Assembly (NCBI GenBank): GCA_964016885.1
Contig: OZ024754.1
Span: 23,746,001-23,810,000 of the forward strand
From: Eledone cirrhosa
Lineage: Eukaryota
Length of the DNA: 64,000 nucleotides
Reading direction: 5' to 3'
This document shows, piece by piece, positions 1 through 13,492 of this stretch (positions within the stretch are counted from its first letter, which is position 1; each line of letters opens with the position of its first letter). A program made the position numbers and the translations under genes. The notes below the pieces were generated by a model that did not search any database, was not told the DNA's origin, and saw nothing but the letters and a program-made list of their open reading frames with translations.

Positions 1-247
1 TGGGGAGCTGCACATGCAACCAGTCAGTTCTTCAACAGCTGCCAAACGGAAGTGGCATCCAGGGACTCCAGGCCCCTCATTGTCAATGTGGTTGGCATTA
101 GGAAGGGCATCCAGCCATAGAAAACCAGCCAGAAACACCCCTATATGAGCTGTCACGGTCACCCGACACAACTTGCCTCAAAATAGGATCTGTGTAACCC
201 ATGGAAGATAGATGTTAATCGATGATGGTGATGATGATGATGATGAT
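1..247 (+). mobile_element. 3' part of RTE-related SINE/non-autonomous element with (GAT)n tail
   Basis: GTTGGCATTAGGAAGGGCATCCAGCC motif, also present in the RTE 5' UTR near 15500-15540 and in the SINE at 32774-33109; ends in GAT repeats; 81-370 is paralogous to 22181-22470. Confidence 0.6.
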
Positions 248-370
248 ATATATGTAGTGTATACATAGTATGTATAGTGCATATATATATATGATAAATG
301 CTGGTGTCAAACTGTTTCAGCCATTCCTCTGGACATTATATATAGTGTATGTATGTAGTATATATATATA

Positions 371-853
371 TGAAGCAACGTGGTTAGTCAGTTTGGTCAC
401 TACTTCTGATCAGATCCGAGAATAGCCCTTAAAAGGACTGTTATCGCATACGGTCTGATCGGATCTGAGTGTAGCTCTTAAAAGGACTGTTGTCTCATAT
501 GATAAGGATGAACAGACGAAAGCACAAGTTGAAAGGACGAGCAAGGCGAGATATGTAGTTTCGGTCAGCTATTTATTTTCATACATGAAGCGACGATACA
601 GAGGTACAAGGCGTGTGTGAGTGACAAGCGTGGCAGAGGCGAGGAACAACGATACGCTGAGTCTGCCAAAGGTCGACTGGCGAAAGTGTTTGGAATCACT
701 CTATTTATACAAAAATAATCGTTTGATGTTTAGCCACTGCGTAGGCGTTTTATATTGGTGGCTTTAAGGGTTGTTTGTTTCACGGTGAGGTAGCTAGCTA
801 AGCAGATAGATGGAGCTGTTTATTTCACAGATGTTATTTCCGGTGGCTGTACA
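371..853 (-). repeat. 3' LTR of Gypsy element
   Basis: TGAAGCAACG...GGCTGTACA, direct repeat of 5763-6248 (roughly 5% divergent by eye); purine tract GGCAGGGGACTAA adjacent on the minus strand (854-866). Confidence 0.92.
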
Positions 854-1790
854 TTAGTCCCCTGCCAGATCTTTTGTACAACAACAGAGCGAAATATCGT
901 ATAGTAATGAGCCAGTGGTGCATTTGTCATGACAATAGCCCAAGATGTGTCCATCACGTTGTGAAGTTTGGTGATCATCGAGTATAGGACAGAGTCGATG
1001 TAGAGATGATATGGCAAGATGTGTGTGTCAGGAAGAGAAGAAAAAAATCTATAAAATGACTTTGACCAGATTTATGCAGGCGTGATGAATGAGCCTGTTG
1101 CTATTTGGATTGAGCTGCCTGTGAATTGCGTGACAAGAATTCTAACAGGGTAATGAAAATAACTGTAATGTGTGAACTGAATGGCCGTAAGCATGTTGCC
1201 TAAAAGTAACAGTCTGCTCCAAAGCATATGACTTGAGCAAATGCATGTGAGGCATTCTCAAGCTATTCAGTGAATGTGTACATGAAAAAAGAAGGCCAGT
1301 CTTTTGAGGATGCGATTTGTAAAATGCGTGATCAAAGAGAAAACATTTTGTAGTGTAAGAGTTAGATGGACAAAAATATCTATTGCTCAGTGTATGAACC
1401 AAAAGTGAAACAAATGTGATTGTGTAGTGTGCATGGAAAATAGAATATGTACATGCCTTGTATGTATATAAAACTGATGGCAATTACACAATTAATATTG
1501 CAGAACAAGAAAAATAAAAATGTTTGCAAAACAAGAGCGAGAAGAAAAAAAAATGTTATACACTACACAATGCCATACACAATGTTTGTTCTTAAATAAT
1601 GTTTGTAATAGATAATGTTCATAATAAATAATGTTCTTCGTGACATGAGCACATGGTCACTAAAAATTGCAATTGTTCAAGCAGAAAATTCATTGTATTT
1701 GAAACTGGAAATAATAAACACAAGGAAGAAGGATGATTAAGAAACTCACTTGGGGTTAACGGTAATTCACATATTGTGCCAATGGACACG

Positions 1791-4700
1791 TCATCCACTT
1801 CTCGTGACTGGAGATGAAACAGGTGGCTTGCTGGGACAGCAATCTGTTAGAGTTTCTGGTGTAGAGACTGTATCCATGATGGCTTTTTTTAATCTGTCCA
1901 CGCTGACAGCATTCTGTTTACCATCTAGATCGAAAATAAAATATTTCGGATATTTTATTAGAACACGATAAGCGCCAGAATATGGAGGTCGACGATGAGC
2001 TGAGATGGTGTCGTTTCGAACGAAAACGTGTGTCCAATCTTTAATGTCTGAAGGTACGTGTGTGGCCGTGTTCTGTTGACGGGTGCTTGCGGGAGCAAGG
2101 TGAGACATATATTGTCGAAGACGGTGTATGTATGATCCTGGGTCTGGAACATCCTGAGGAGAGATGGGAGCAACCATCTGACCAGGTAGAACCAGGGTGG
2201 TGCCGTACACTAATTCTGCGGTGTGTGTCCGAATTCCTCCTTACCGGTGGATCGAATGCCCGGAAGGATGAGTGGCAGGTATTCAAACCAGTGGGTCTTG
2301 TCTGGATATGCTTTTATTGCAGCTTTCAATTGGCGATGGAATCTTTCCACGAGACCATTAGCTTGCGGGTGTTAAGCTGTCGTGCGGATGTGTTTACATC
2401 CTAACAGGCGAGTCAGTTCCCTGAAGAGGTGGGAGTCAAACTGGCGTCCTCTGTCCGTTGTTATCTTCGCTGGGGCACCATAACGTGATACCCAGTGTAA
2501 AACCAAAGTTTTAACGATTGTTTCCGCTGAGATATCACTTATGGGAAAAGCCACAAGCCAACGGGAAAGACGATCTATGCAGGTGAGCAAGTGTGTGCAG
2601 TTCTGTGATGGTGGTAGAAGTCCGACGATGTCGATATGCACATGATGAAAACGTGCCTCAGGTTGCGCGAATGTGCCGAGTGAAGTTTTGATGTATCTGT
2701 GGACTTTGGCTTTCTGGCAGGCAATGCAGTTCCTGGACCAGTCACGCACGTCCTTGTTAATGTTAGTCCACACAAAACGAGCAGAGATGAGTTTCTGTGT
2801 AGCCCGGATTCCCGGGTGAGACAAGCAGTGTAAAGCAGAAAAAACTTGTCGACGATGCATCTGTGGTACGTACGGTCGTTCATGACCGGTAGAAAGGTCG
2901 TACCAAATTTGTTGCGGAGAAGAAGGAATGGGAACTTGCTGAAACTTGAGGGATGGCGAATCTCAGAGCTTGATAAACTCTTCGTCATTCTCTTGGTCAG
3001 CTGCGAAGGTCGATGCCTGAATGCATGTGTATTGCGGTCAGCTGGATTCGGGACAGGGCGTCGGCTGCTACGTTGTCTGATCCCTTGATATGCCAAATAT
3101 CAGTTGAATATTGGGAGACAAAATCCAGGTGGCGGAGTTCTCTCGGTGAATGTCGATCAGGTTTGGTACGGAACGCATAAACTAGTGGTTTATGGTCTGT
3201 GTAGATCACAAAATCCGATCCTCCGAGCATGTGATGAACATGTTTAACCGAAAGGTAGGTTGCCAAGAGTTCGCGGCCAAACGTACTGTATTTGGTTTCT
3301 GCAGGTTGCAACCGCTTAGAAAAGAAGGATAAGGGTTGCCAAACACCGTCGACATGTTGTTGTAAAACGCCTCCAACCCCCGTGTCTGATACGTCCACTA
3401 GCAGCGAAAGAGGAGCGCCAGATCTGGGGAACACGAGCATGGAAGCGTTTGCCAACATTTTCTTCATTCGGTTAAAAAATCCTAATTCTTCCTCGTTCAG
3501 AGTGATGTCTTCGTTTTTCCGAGTCCGGTTGCGAAGAAGGTCCGTGAGGAGTCTGGCTGCATCGGCACAATGAGGAATGAAACGCCTATAAAAATTCACC
3601 AAACCGAGCAATTCACGCAGTTTCCGAAGTCATGTAGGTGCGGGGAAATTGCGGATAGCTTCTACTTTCTCAGGAAGTGGACGAATGCCGTCTTTATCAA
3701 TGATGTACCCGAGAAAGGACAGTGAAGGAACGCCGAGAGGGGACATGCTGGGGTTGATGATAATACCGTACTCGGCCAAACGTTGGAAAAGAAGATCTAA
3801 TTGCTTCTCGCGTTCTTGCTCGGAAGTACTTGCTACTAGCACGTCGTCGATATACGCGTATACAAAGGGTAGATCACGTAACAGGGTGTCAATAAACCGC
3901 TGAAGAGTTTGTGCAGCGTTGCGCAGAACGAACGGCATTCGCAGGAATTTAAATAAACCGAACGGAGTTGTGATTGCGGTCTTCGGAATATCTGCAGGCT
4001 CCATAGGTATCTGGTTATATGCACGTACCAAATCTATCTTGGAAAAGATGCGTGCGCCTTGCAGAGAGGCAGAAAAGTCGTGCAAGAGAGGTACAGGGTA
4101 ATTATCGGGTACTGTAGAATTGTTAAGTGCACGATAATATCCACATGGTCGCCAATCATTCTCGTTTTTTTTAGGAACAAGGTGTAAGGGTGCAGAGAAG
4201 TTGCCGGAGGAAGGGCGAATGATTCCGAGGTCCAGCATGTGTTGAAACTCTTGTTTGGCGATTCTCAATCGGTCTGGAGGCAGTCTCCTTGGTCGGGCAT
4301 CTGTGGGTGGTGCTCTTGTCTCGATATGATGTGTGACACTATGCTTAATAGGTCCATCCTTAAATACCGGGCGAGTGATGTCTGGGTATTTCTGGAGAAT
4401 GCAGTTGTAACGGCGAAGGCTCTGACTGGCAAATTACAGGGCTCACTGTGGATTGCGTGGTAAATATACCTCCCACAGTGAGGTTTGTGGTGGTGTCAAT
4501 ACGCCTCCTGTTCTTCATGTCCACCAGAAGGTTGAAGTGGTGGAGAAAATCGACTCCTAAGATAGGGGTCGGCAGGTCTGCCACGACGAACACCCATTGA
4601 AAACGACGCCTCAGGCCTAAATTGAGGATCAGTGATTTCTCCTCGAAAGTCGGAATTGACGATCGGTTCACTGCCTGCAGAAAGGACGATGTTGGATGTC

Positions 4701-4830
4701 TTTTGCTCGAGACTAGTGAAACAGGAATAACACTAACCTGGGCTCCTGTATCCACGAGGTAACGGATGCCTGTCGTTTGGTCGTTGATAAAAAATAGACG
4801 ACTTTTCTTCTCTGTACCAGGGGTGAACGT
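1791..4830 (-). pseudogene. Gypsy pol (protease, RT, RNase H, integrase), fragmented by frameshifts and stops
   Basis: LVDTGAQVS protease; [12 protein letters not shown] and AYIDD RT; DVSDTGVG/ELLA/TDHKPL RNase H; HCLSHPGI...CIACQ and [14 protein letters not shown] integrase; PPYSGAY. Confidence 0.92.
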
Positions 4831-4835
4831 CGTCG

Positions 4836-5702
4836 CTAGGCCCTGGTCTGCCCGTTTCCTTGGGTGGTATTCTGGAAAGAGCACGGGGCTCTACACTTAG
4901 ATGCCTGTGCGCCGAATTCTTCAAGATACCAGCAGAGGTTGCCAGACACACGATTTTGACTGGGACTTCTGGATCTTCGACGGTGAAACTGCCTGTATCG
5001 ACTGTTGCTGCGCCAACGGTGTGTTTGAAAGGTCAGGTTCTCTAATTGGTTTGAGAGGGCTTTAATTTGACCATCCTTCTCTCTGATCATATGCCACAGC
5101 TCTGAAATCTCGGAGGTGGAGTCCGAGGATGCTACGTAAAGGTTCGTCCGATGATCTACTTGTGCCACTGATCTACTTGTGCACACCTCAGCGATCTTAT
5201 CTGCGACACTCGCCAGTTCTTCCGGGGTTGCTGACTCGTTGGTCGACGCCAGAATGCCCTGCATTGATAAGGGCAAGCGCTGTATAAACAGCCGTTTCAG
5301 CACATCTAAAAGCGGCTGGTCTTCCATCAGCTGTCTCATCTTTCGCAATAGTTGGGACGGTTTCCTGTCCCCCAATTCTTCTGCAGACATGAGTTGGTTG
5401 AGTCGTCTCTGCTGTGACGCGGTCGTTCGCTTGATCAATTCCTTGCGGAATGATTCATATAACACCGTGCCCGGCGGTGCCATGACGAGGACCCTCATCT
5501 CAGCCAAGACTTCTGGCGGGACAGACCCAATGGTGTAGGTGAGTTTTGCAGAATCGCTCTTAGTTCTGTTAGCAGTGAATTGTGCTCCTATGTGAGCGAA
5601 CCACAGTGTCGGGTCGTTGGACCAAAAAAACAGAGACTTTCAATGTTAAGCCGCTTGTGTGGTTGGTATCTCGGCTTCTGTCGTTGGTTGTGAAATGTCC
5701 AT
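4836..5702 (-). pseudogene. Gypsy gag (disrupted)
   Basis: FWSNDPTLWFA...LMSAEELGDRKPSQLLRKMRQL...LCWYLEEFGAQASKCRAPC typical of Gypsy gag. Confidence 0.8.
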
Positions 5703-5742
5703 GTTGGTATCTTCTTAGGCTGCTGTCTGGTTGCATGTTAGA

Positions 5743-5760
5743 ATCACGTCGGGGTCACCG
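5743..5760 (-). other. Primer-binding site complementary to the tRNA-Trp 3' end
   Basis: Minus strand CGGTGACCCCGACGTGAT, 2 nt inside the 5' LTR; canonical form is TGGTGACCCCGACGTGAT. Confidence 0.8.
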
Positions 5761-5762
5761 AT

Positions 5763-6248
5763 TGTAGCGACGTGGTTAGTCAGTCTGGTCACTACTTCTG
5801 ATCATATCCGAGAATAGCCCTTAAAAGGACTGTTATCGCATACGGTCTGATTGGATCTGAGTGTAGCCCTTAAAAGGACTGTTGTCTCATACGATAAGGA
5901 TGAACAGACGAAAGCACAAGTTGAAAGGACGAGCAAGGCGAGAGACGTAGTTTCGGTCATTTATTTAATTTCATACATGAAGCGACGATACAGAGGTACA
6001 AGGCGTGTGTGAGTGACAAACGTGGCAGAGGAGAGCAACAACGATACGCGACTTGACTCTGCCAAAGTCGACTGGCGAAAGTGTTTGGAATCACTCTATT
6101 TATACAAAAATAATCGTTTGATGTTTGGTTACTGCGTAGGCGTTTTATTTTGGTGGCTTTCAGGTTTGTTTGTTTCACGATGAGGTAGCTAGCTAAGCAG
6201 ATAGATAGAGCTGTTTATTTCACAGATGTTATTTCCGGTGGCTGTACA
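5763..6248 (-). repeat. 5' LTR of Gypsy element
   Basis: TGTAGCGACG...GGCTGTACA, matches 371-853. Confidence 0.92.
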
Positions 6249-6545
6249 TATATATATATATATACATATATATATAGTGTATATAATAGTTGTAATGTCA
6301 CGGGTGCTGATCTATATCAGCCTTTCCCTTGGACAATATGACATATAGTCTATATATATTGGACACTATTATATATAGTGTATATGTGGTGTATAGTAGT
6401 TGTGACAATATTCTATATACATATGTACACACACACTGACAAACATGTATATGCATATAGAAGGGTCGGATGAGGAGTTCATAGACTAACCAAGTTACTC
6501 TCATTGAATGAGACAATGTATACACAGAAATATATACTATGTATA

Positions 6546-7024
6546 TGTAGCAGCCCCTTACAGCTGACTCAGCACGTATGGGAGTTGCGTCCCTTTACGA
6601 CGGTCGTAACTCAGTACCTATAGGAGTTACGTCCCTTTGCGACAGGCGCGACCCCCATTAGCAGATTCATGTACTAAATGGAGTTGCGTCCCCCTGGGGA
6701 CTATATATTTGAGGACTGTCAAGGCATAAGCCTCTCTCGCATCCTGAACTTCGAAGGGACAACAAGAACACCTGAGACCTTGTCAAGAGATGACTCCTCT
6801 CTCACGTCCTTCGCCCGCAAGAAGAAGAATACCGGCAGCCTAAAGAAATACTTGAACACCTCCAAGAGAAGATTTCTGTTCTTCTCTACACACTCCAGTC
6901 TGGGAGTTGTGACTAACTGAACATCTACATGTGGTAACAAATTATTTACATCAATTTATTTGACTTCTGTGAAGTAAAACCTTGTCACAACACTCACCTG
7001 CATTTATTGTCATTCTTTATAATA
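6546..7024 (+). mobile_element. Probable solo LTR of a second retrotransposon
   Basis: ~480 bp insertion starting TGTAGC, absent from paralogous flanks at ~10290 and ~26200; TATA-like CTATATATT and AGTAAA signal; 3' CA terminus not clean. Confidence 0.45.
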
Positions 7025-7082
7025 TATATATATACACTGATACTAATATCCTGTATTAAAGTCATACAGCATTTTCTAATTT

Positions 7083-7270
7083 AATTGTTTCTACGTTTGG
7101 CACAAGGCCAGCAAATATCCAGTGCATTACTGGTACTTTATTTTATCGACCCTGTAAGGATGAAAGGCAAAGTTAACCTCGGCGGGATTTGAACTCAGAA
7201 TGGCAAGGACCGTAACTCTATATGTCAAAGCATGGCGTCCAACCCTCTACCAATACTGCGAATCCATCGT
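7083..7270 (-). mobile_element. tRNA-derived Nin-domain SINE
   Basis: Minus strand B-box GAGTTCAAATCCC then GCCTTTCATCCTTACAGGGTCGATAAAATAAAGTACCAG (Nin domain) and GGCCTTGTGCC...AGAAACAATT tail. Confidence 0.8.
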
Positions 7271-7449
7271 ATTCTAATATAATGTTTTCACTTCTTAGCC
7301 ACGGAGGAACATTGTGTCCTTAAGCAAGATACATCATTCCACATGTCTCTCATGGTTTTGTTTTTCATTTTTTCATTTCCATTTTTTAAATGTTTTATTA
7401 CCTTTAATAATGCGTTTTGTTTTAATATGAACAGTTATGTAAAATTAAT

Positions 7450-7627
7450 AATTGTTTCTACTTTTAGGCACACGGCCAGCAAAATCAGTACATTACTGGT
7501 ACTTTATTTCCCGTAAGGATGAAAGGCAAAGTTAACCTCGGCGGGATTTGAACAGGGCCGTAACTCTATGCGTCAAAGCCTGGCGACCGACCCTCTACCG
7601 ATACTGCCAATGCCAATCCACCGCCCT
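7450..7627 (-). mobile_element. Nin-domain SINE, second copy
   Basis: Same motifs as 7083-7270; further copies at 10792-10860 (+, truncated), 11818-12038 (-) and 19292-19512 (-). Confidence 0.75.
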
Positions 7628-8214
7628 TATGTAAAATTAATAATGTTATTTATACAAATCTGAACAAATTACTAGCATATTGATTGAATGTGTAAATTAA
7701 CATAACGGAAGTTATTTCTAAATGTATTAAATTATGTAGGGGACTTATAAGTCATGTCACCGGTGTCAACTAGATAGTGAAATATTACCATTTATATCGG
7801 CTAAATTGTTACTACTTAAACCTCATCTAATTTTATCTTTTATGGTTATTATTTCATATTAAGCTGAACGTTAATGTTTGTAAATAACATAAAGTGACTT
7901 ATTTACCATATAGTTGTTGTTTTATCACCTGTATTATTAGATATTGAAGTGGTTGTTCAACATTTTACAGGACAGGAAAATGTTTTTTTAATCATAAATC
8001 AGTAAACATTTAGTTCTTCCAAATTTTTTTAATATTATATTTGGTCTTGAAAACTAAAGTACGTATTATTTCGTTTTCCATCACATCACAAACATAGTGA
8101 ACTTTTTAACTATCTGAAGTGAAATATCTTGATTTATTACAACTCGTACACATATATTTCTACACACACACACGTCTATTTATTTATTTCTCTCATTCGT
8201 ACACACTGTATGTC

Positions 8215-8305
<91 letters not shown>

Positions 8306-8604
8306 ATATTAACATTCGTCTTTTGAAATTATGGATATTAATTCTCTTGTCACCTGCACTGTCGTCAATAACAAGTACCTTAAATTACGAAGACTTATTC
8401 GTTTGTTTTATGAGCTGAGGATGTTATTGTGAATAGAGCTTCTCTCACCTTAACAAAAATAAAAAATACACACGCACACACATAGGCACTTGCTTTTTCT
8501 TCTTCCAAGATCAGTCTTACGCTTTCATACATCTTATTACTTTACCAACTGAATGCTACATTTCTTAATATATGAGTGAAAGTGGTGAGATTCCTTTATG
8601 AAAT

Positions 8605-9436
8605 ATGTCTGAATATAGCTGTGAGATTTGCAGGAAAACTTTCTCTTCGAAACTGAAACTATCCTCACACGAGCAATTACACAGTAGAGAAAAAGCCTTC
8701 CACTGTGAAATATGTGGTAAATCTTTCACTCATCATTCCGCTCTTGTCATCCACATACGGAGTCACACTGGAGAAAGACCCTTCCATTGTGAAATATGTG
8801 GGAAATCTTTTTCTCAGAGTTCTGATCTTGAACCTCACAAAAGAACACACACTGGAGAAAAACCCTTCCATTGTGAAATATGGGGAAATCTGTCACCCGA
8901 AGCACAATCTTGTAAAGCACAAAAGAAAGCACACAGGAGAAAAACATTATTCATGTGAAATATGTGGGAAATCTTTTTCTCAGAGTTCTGTACTTGAAAC
9001 TCACAAAAGAACACACACTGGTGAAAAACCCCTCCATTGTGAAATATGTGGGAAATCTTTTTCTCAGAGTTCTCAACTTGAATCTCACAAAAGAACACAC
9101 ACGGGTGAAAAACCCTTCCACTGTGAAATATGTGGAAAATCTTTCACCCAGAAGCACAATCTTGTAAAGCACAAAAGAAAGCACACAGGAGATAAATCTT
9201 ATTCATGTGAAATATGTGGGAAATCTTTTTCTCAGAGTTCTCAACTTGAACCTCACAAAAGAAGACACCCTGGTGAAAAACCCTTCCATTGTGAAATATG
9301 TGGGAAATCCTTTTCTAATAGTTCTCATCTTGTACGTCACAAAAGAATACATACTGGTGAAAAACCTTATTCATGTGAAATATGTGGTAAATCTTTCACT
9401 GAGAATTTGTCACTGGTTGTTCACCTACGTCGTTGA
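8605..9436 (+). CDS. C2H2 zinc-finger array (~10 fingers), frameshifted in finger 4
   Basis: Repeated CEICGKSF...H...H with TGEKP linkers across ORFs 8605-8958 and 8705-9436; two 1-nt deletions at ~8882-8900 relative to sibling fingers. Confidence 0.8.
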
Positions 9437-9646
9437 CACTTGCGGTAAACCCCATCAGTGTGAAATATGAAAAATACAAATATATAGACACACTTTGGAA
9501 GGCAGAAGATAAAATGTGAAGCTTGAGAAAACTTATACATCTCAACATATATGTGTGTGTGTATATATATATATTTTATTATTTTTATTTTTTAATACAT
9601 TACTCAAAAGGAAGAAATATACTGACATATATCAAAGATTACCACA

Positions 9647-9885
9647 ATAATTAGGGAGCGGAGGACAAGATATGCTGGACATTGCTACTGATGGTAGGAT
9701 GAGCTGGCTATTGTTGTAGATACCTAAACATTGTAAGACCCTAGTGGGATGACTGAGATTGACCTACATAGATCAGATGTATCAGGATGTCCAGCTGGAG
9801 ATTAATGATCTCAGGAATACCATGGAAGATCATGATTTCTGAAAGAGAAGAGTAGAATTGTTCTGGCCACTCCACCTGACCTAAT
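9647..9885 (+). mobile_element. Old RTE LINE 3' fragment in zinc-finger 3' flank
   Basis: Translates as IIRERRTRYAGHCY...TYIDQ...NTMED; copied with the flank at ~12660-12895 and ~20135-20370. Confidence 0.5.
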
Positions 9886-10086
9886 ATATCTAAACTATAA
9901 TAAAGTAAGGAGCACAGGACTGTGTACGGTTTATAATTTTTTTCCCATTAGTAAAATAAGTTGGATTACTTTGAATAAATAATGAATGAATATTACATAA
10001 ATTATCTACTAAATTTCGTGGCTGTAGATTAAATATATTTTGTTTATTTAAAGATTCACTTCTTTAAATTTTCTGAAATGTCAACA

Positions 10087-11235
10087 TGACATATAGTCTA
10101 TATATATTGGACCTATATTATATATAGTGTATATATGGTGTATATAGTAGTTGTGACAATATTCTATATACATATATACACACACACTGACAAACATGTA
10201 TATACATATAGAAGGGTCGGATGAGGAGTTCATAGACTAACCAAGTTACTCTCATGGAATGAGACAATGTAAACACACAAATATATACTATATATATTTT
10301 ACAGTGAAGTCATACATCATATTGTAATATGTTTTCAATTCTCAGCCAGGGAGGTACATTGTATCCTTAAACAAGACACATCATTCCACATGTCTAGCAT
10401 GTTTTTGTTTTTCATCTTTTCATTTCCATTTTTTAAATGATTTATTACCTTTTAATAATGTGTTTTGTTTTAATATGAACAGTTATGTTAAATTAATAAT
10501 GTTATTTATACAAATCTGAACAAATTACTAGCATATTGATTGAATGTGTGAATTAACAATACGGAAGTTGTTTCTGGATGTATTAAATTATGTAGGGGAC
10601 TTTTAAGTCATGACACTGGTGTCAACTAGACAGTAAAAAATTACCATTTATATCGGCTCCATTATTACAACTTAAATCTAATTTTATCTTTTATGGTGAT
10701 TATTTCATATTAAGGTGAACGTTAATGTTTGTAAATAACATAAGGTGACTTATTTACTTTATAGTTGTTGTTTTATCAGCTGTATTATTACGGGTTCGAT
10801 AAAATAAAGTACCAGTAATGCATGATTGCTGGCCTTGTGCCTAAAGTAGAAACAATTATTAAATATTGAAGTGGTTGTTCATCATTTTACAGGACAGGAA
10901 AATGTCTTTTTAATCAGAAATCAGTGAACATTTAGTTTTTCCACATTTTTTTTTACTTTATATTTGGTCTTGAAAACTAAAGTACGTATTATTTCGTGTT
11001 CCATCATATCACAAACATTGTGAACTTTTTAACTATCTGAAGTGAAATATCTTGATTTATTACAACTCGTAAATACATATTTCTACACACACACGTCTAT
11101 TTATTTATTTCTCTCATATATACACACTGTATGTCTGTATATATATTAACCTTCATCTTTTGAAATTCTTGTCTCCTGCACTGTTGTCAATAACAAGTAC
11201 CTTAAATTACGAAGTCTGAGGTTGTTTTATAAGCA
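10087..11235 (+). repeat. Segmental copy of zinc-finger upstream region
   Basis: Colinear with 6339-8420 minus its insertions; third partial copy at 26030-26620. Confidence 0.85.
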
Positions 11236-11314
11236 ACTAAAATATATATATATATATATATATATTGGTAAACGGAATAGAAAATGCTGACAAATTGTTC
11301 ACAGTTGAAAATTG

Positions 11315-11820
11315 GAAGAAGGGTTCCTCCCTGCGTACGAAAGGCCGGTTATATGATGCCTGTGTGAGGAGCGCGATGCTGCATGGTAGTGAGACATGGG
11401 CAGCAACTGCAGAAGATATGCGACGGCTGGAGAGAAATGAGGCAAGCATGCTCCATTGGATGTGCAATGTCAATGTGCATGAACGACCCAGCATGAATGT
11501 GTTGAGAGAGAAACTGTGTCTGAGAGGGATAGAATGTAGTGTAAGAGAGAGGAGACTGAGGTGGTATGGACATGTGATGCGCATGGAGGATGACCGATGG
11601 GTGAAGAAGTGTCAGGAGATGCCAGTTGAAGGAAGACGTGGTAGAGGTAGAGCACGAAAAACATGGGCGGAGGTGGTGAGAACAGACCTCAGAACGCTGA
11701 AGCTCACGGTGGAGATGATGAAGGACCGTCACAAGTGGAGAGATGCTGTGCTGAATAAGTCTAGTCCCACCCTTGTAAGCAGGGTAAAGCGGACGTAAAA
11801 TGATGATGATAATGATGATG
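11315..11820 (+). mobile_element. RTE LINE 3' fragment
   Basis: KGRLYDACVRSAMLHGSETW...RRLRWYGHVMRM...GRARKTW; (GAT)n tail. Confidence 0.85.
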
Positions 11821-13061
11821 TTTCTACTTTTCACTCAAGGCCAGCAAGTTGAAGAGAAAGGGGAATGCCAATTAAATCAGGCCCAGTGCATTTCTGTCAC
11901 AGTTTTTTTATCAACCTTGAATGGATGACAGTCAAAGTTGACCATGGCATGATTTAAACCCAGAACACAGAGGACTGCAACTTTATGACACAAAGCATAT
12001 CATATGACACTCTATTGATTCTGCAAATCGACCACCCTCAACAATGAAATGAGATTGTGTCTCTGTAATAGCCCTTAATGACAAATAATATGAAGGGGTA
12101 CTTTCTACAGGGTGTATTTGTTAATTATAATACAAAACCTCTGAGAATGATTTGCAACATATTTCACCATAATAAATGTTCATCAATATATATTAATATT
12201 ATTATTATTTTCTGCTAGCATGTGTAGTGTGCATATTGATATTATACGCAGGTATATATACATGTAGATATGATACATCAAATAAAATCGTAATTGACAA
12301 TATATAATACATAGAAATTGAACGAAGACTGTGTTACACTGTCTTATTTAATCAGTAACATAATCCATGGTACATTAAAAAAAGACGATATTATATATAA
12401 ACTGCATTAGGAGAAAATTAGTGACGGAAATATATGAATGTTTATTTAAGCGATGGCTAACCGGAAGTGTTGACATTTCAGAAAATTTAAAGAAGTGAAT
12501 CTTTAAATAAACAAAATATATTTAATCTACAGCCACGAAATTTAGTAGATAATTTATGTAATATTCATTCATTATTTATTCAAAGTAATCCAACTTATTT
12601 TACTAATGGGAAAAAAATTATAAACCGTACGCTCCTTACTTTATTATAGTTTAGATTTATTAGGTCAGGTGGAGTGGCCAGAACAATTCTACTCTTCGTT
12701 TTTAGATGTCATGATCTTCCATGGCATTCCTGAGATCATTAATCTCCAGCTGGACATCCTGAGACATCTGATCTATGTAGGTCAATCTCAGTCATCCCAC
12801 TAGAGTCTTACAATGTTTAGGTATCCAACACAATAGCTAGCTCATCCTACACTCAGTAGCAATGTCCAGCATATCTTATCCTCCGCTCCTAGTTATTGTG
12901 GTAATCTTTCATATATGTCTGTATATTTCTTCCTTTTGAGTAATGTATTAAAAAATAATAATATATATACACACACAACATATATGTTGAGATGTATAAG
13001 ATTTCTCAAGCTTCACATTTTATCTTCTGGCTTCCAAAGTGTGTCTATATAGTTGTATTTT

Positions 13062-13347
<286 letters not shown>

Positions 13348-13455
13348 TCATATATTAAGAAATGTAGCATTCAGTTGGTAAAGTAATAAGATGTATGAAA
13401 GCGTAAGACTGATCTTGGAAGAAGAAAAAGCAAGTGCTTATATATATATATATAG

Positions 13456-13492
<37 letters not shown>

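Larger units (their letters stand above)
371..6248 (-). mobile_element. Full-length, degenerate Ty3/Gypsy LTR retrotransposon
   Basis: Two ~485 bp LTRs (TG...CA), PBS, PPT, gag-PR-RT-RH-IN order on the minus strand, inserted in a TA run. Confidence 0.95.

Noticed and set aside
866-1790. env-like or extra ORF in the Gypsy 3' region
   Set aside because: Only short ORFs without recognisable motifs; treated as 3' UTR
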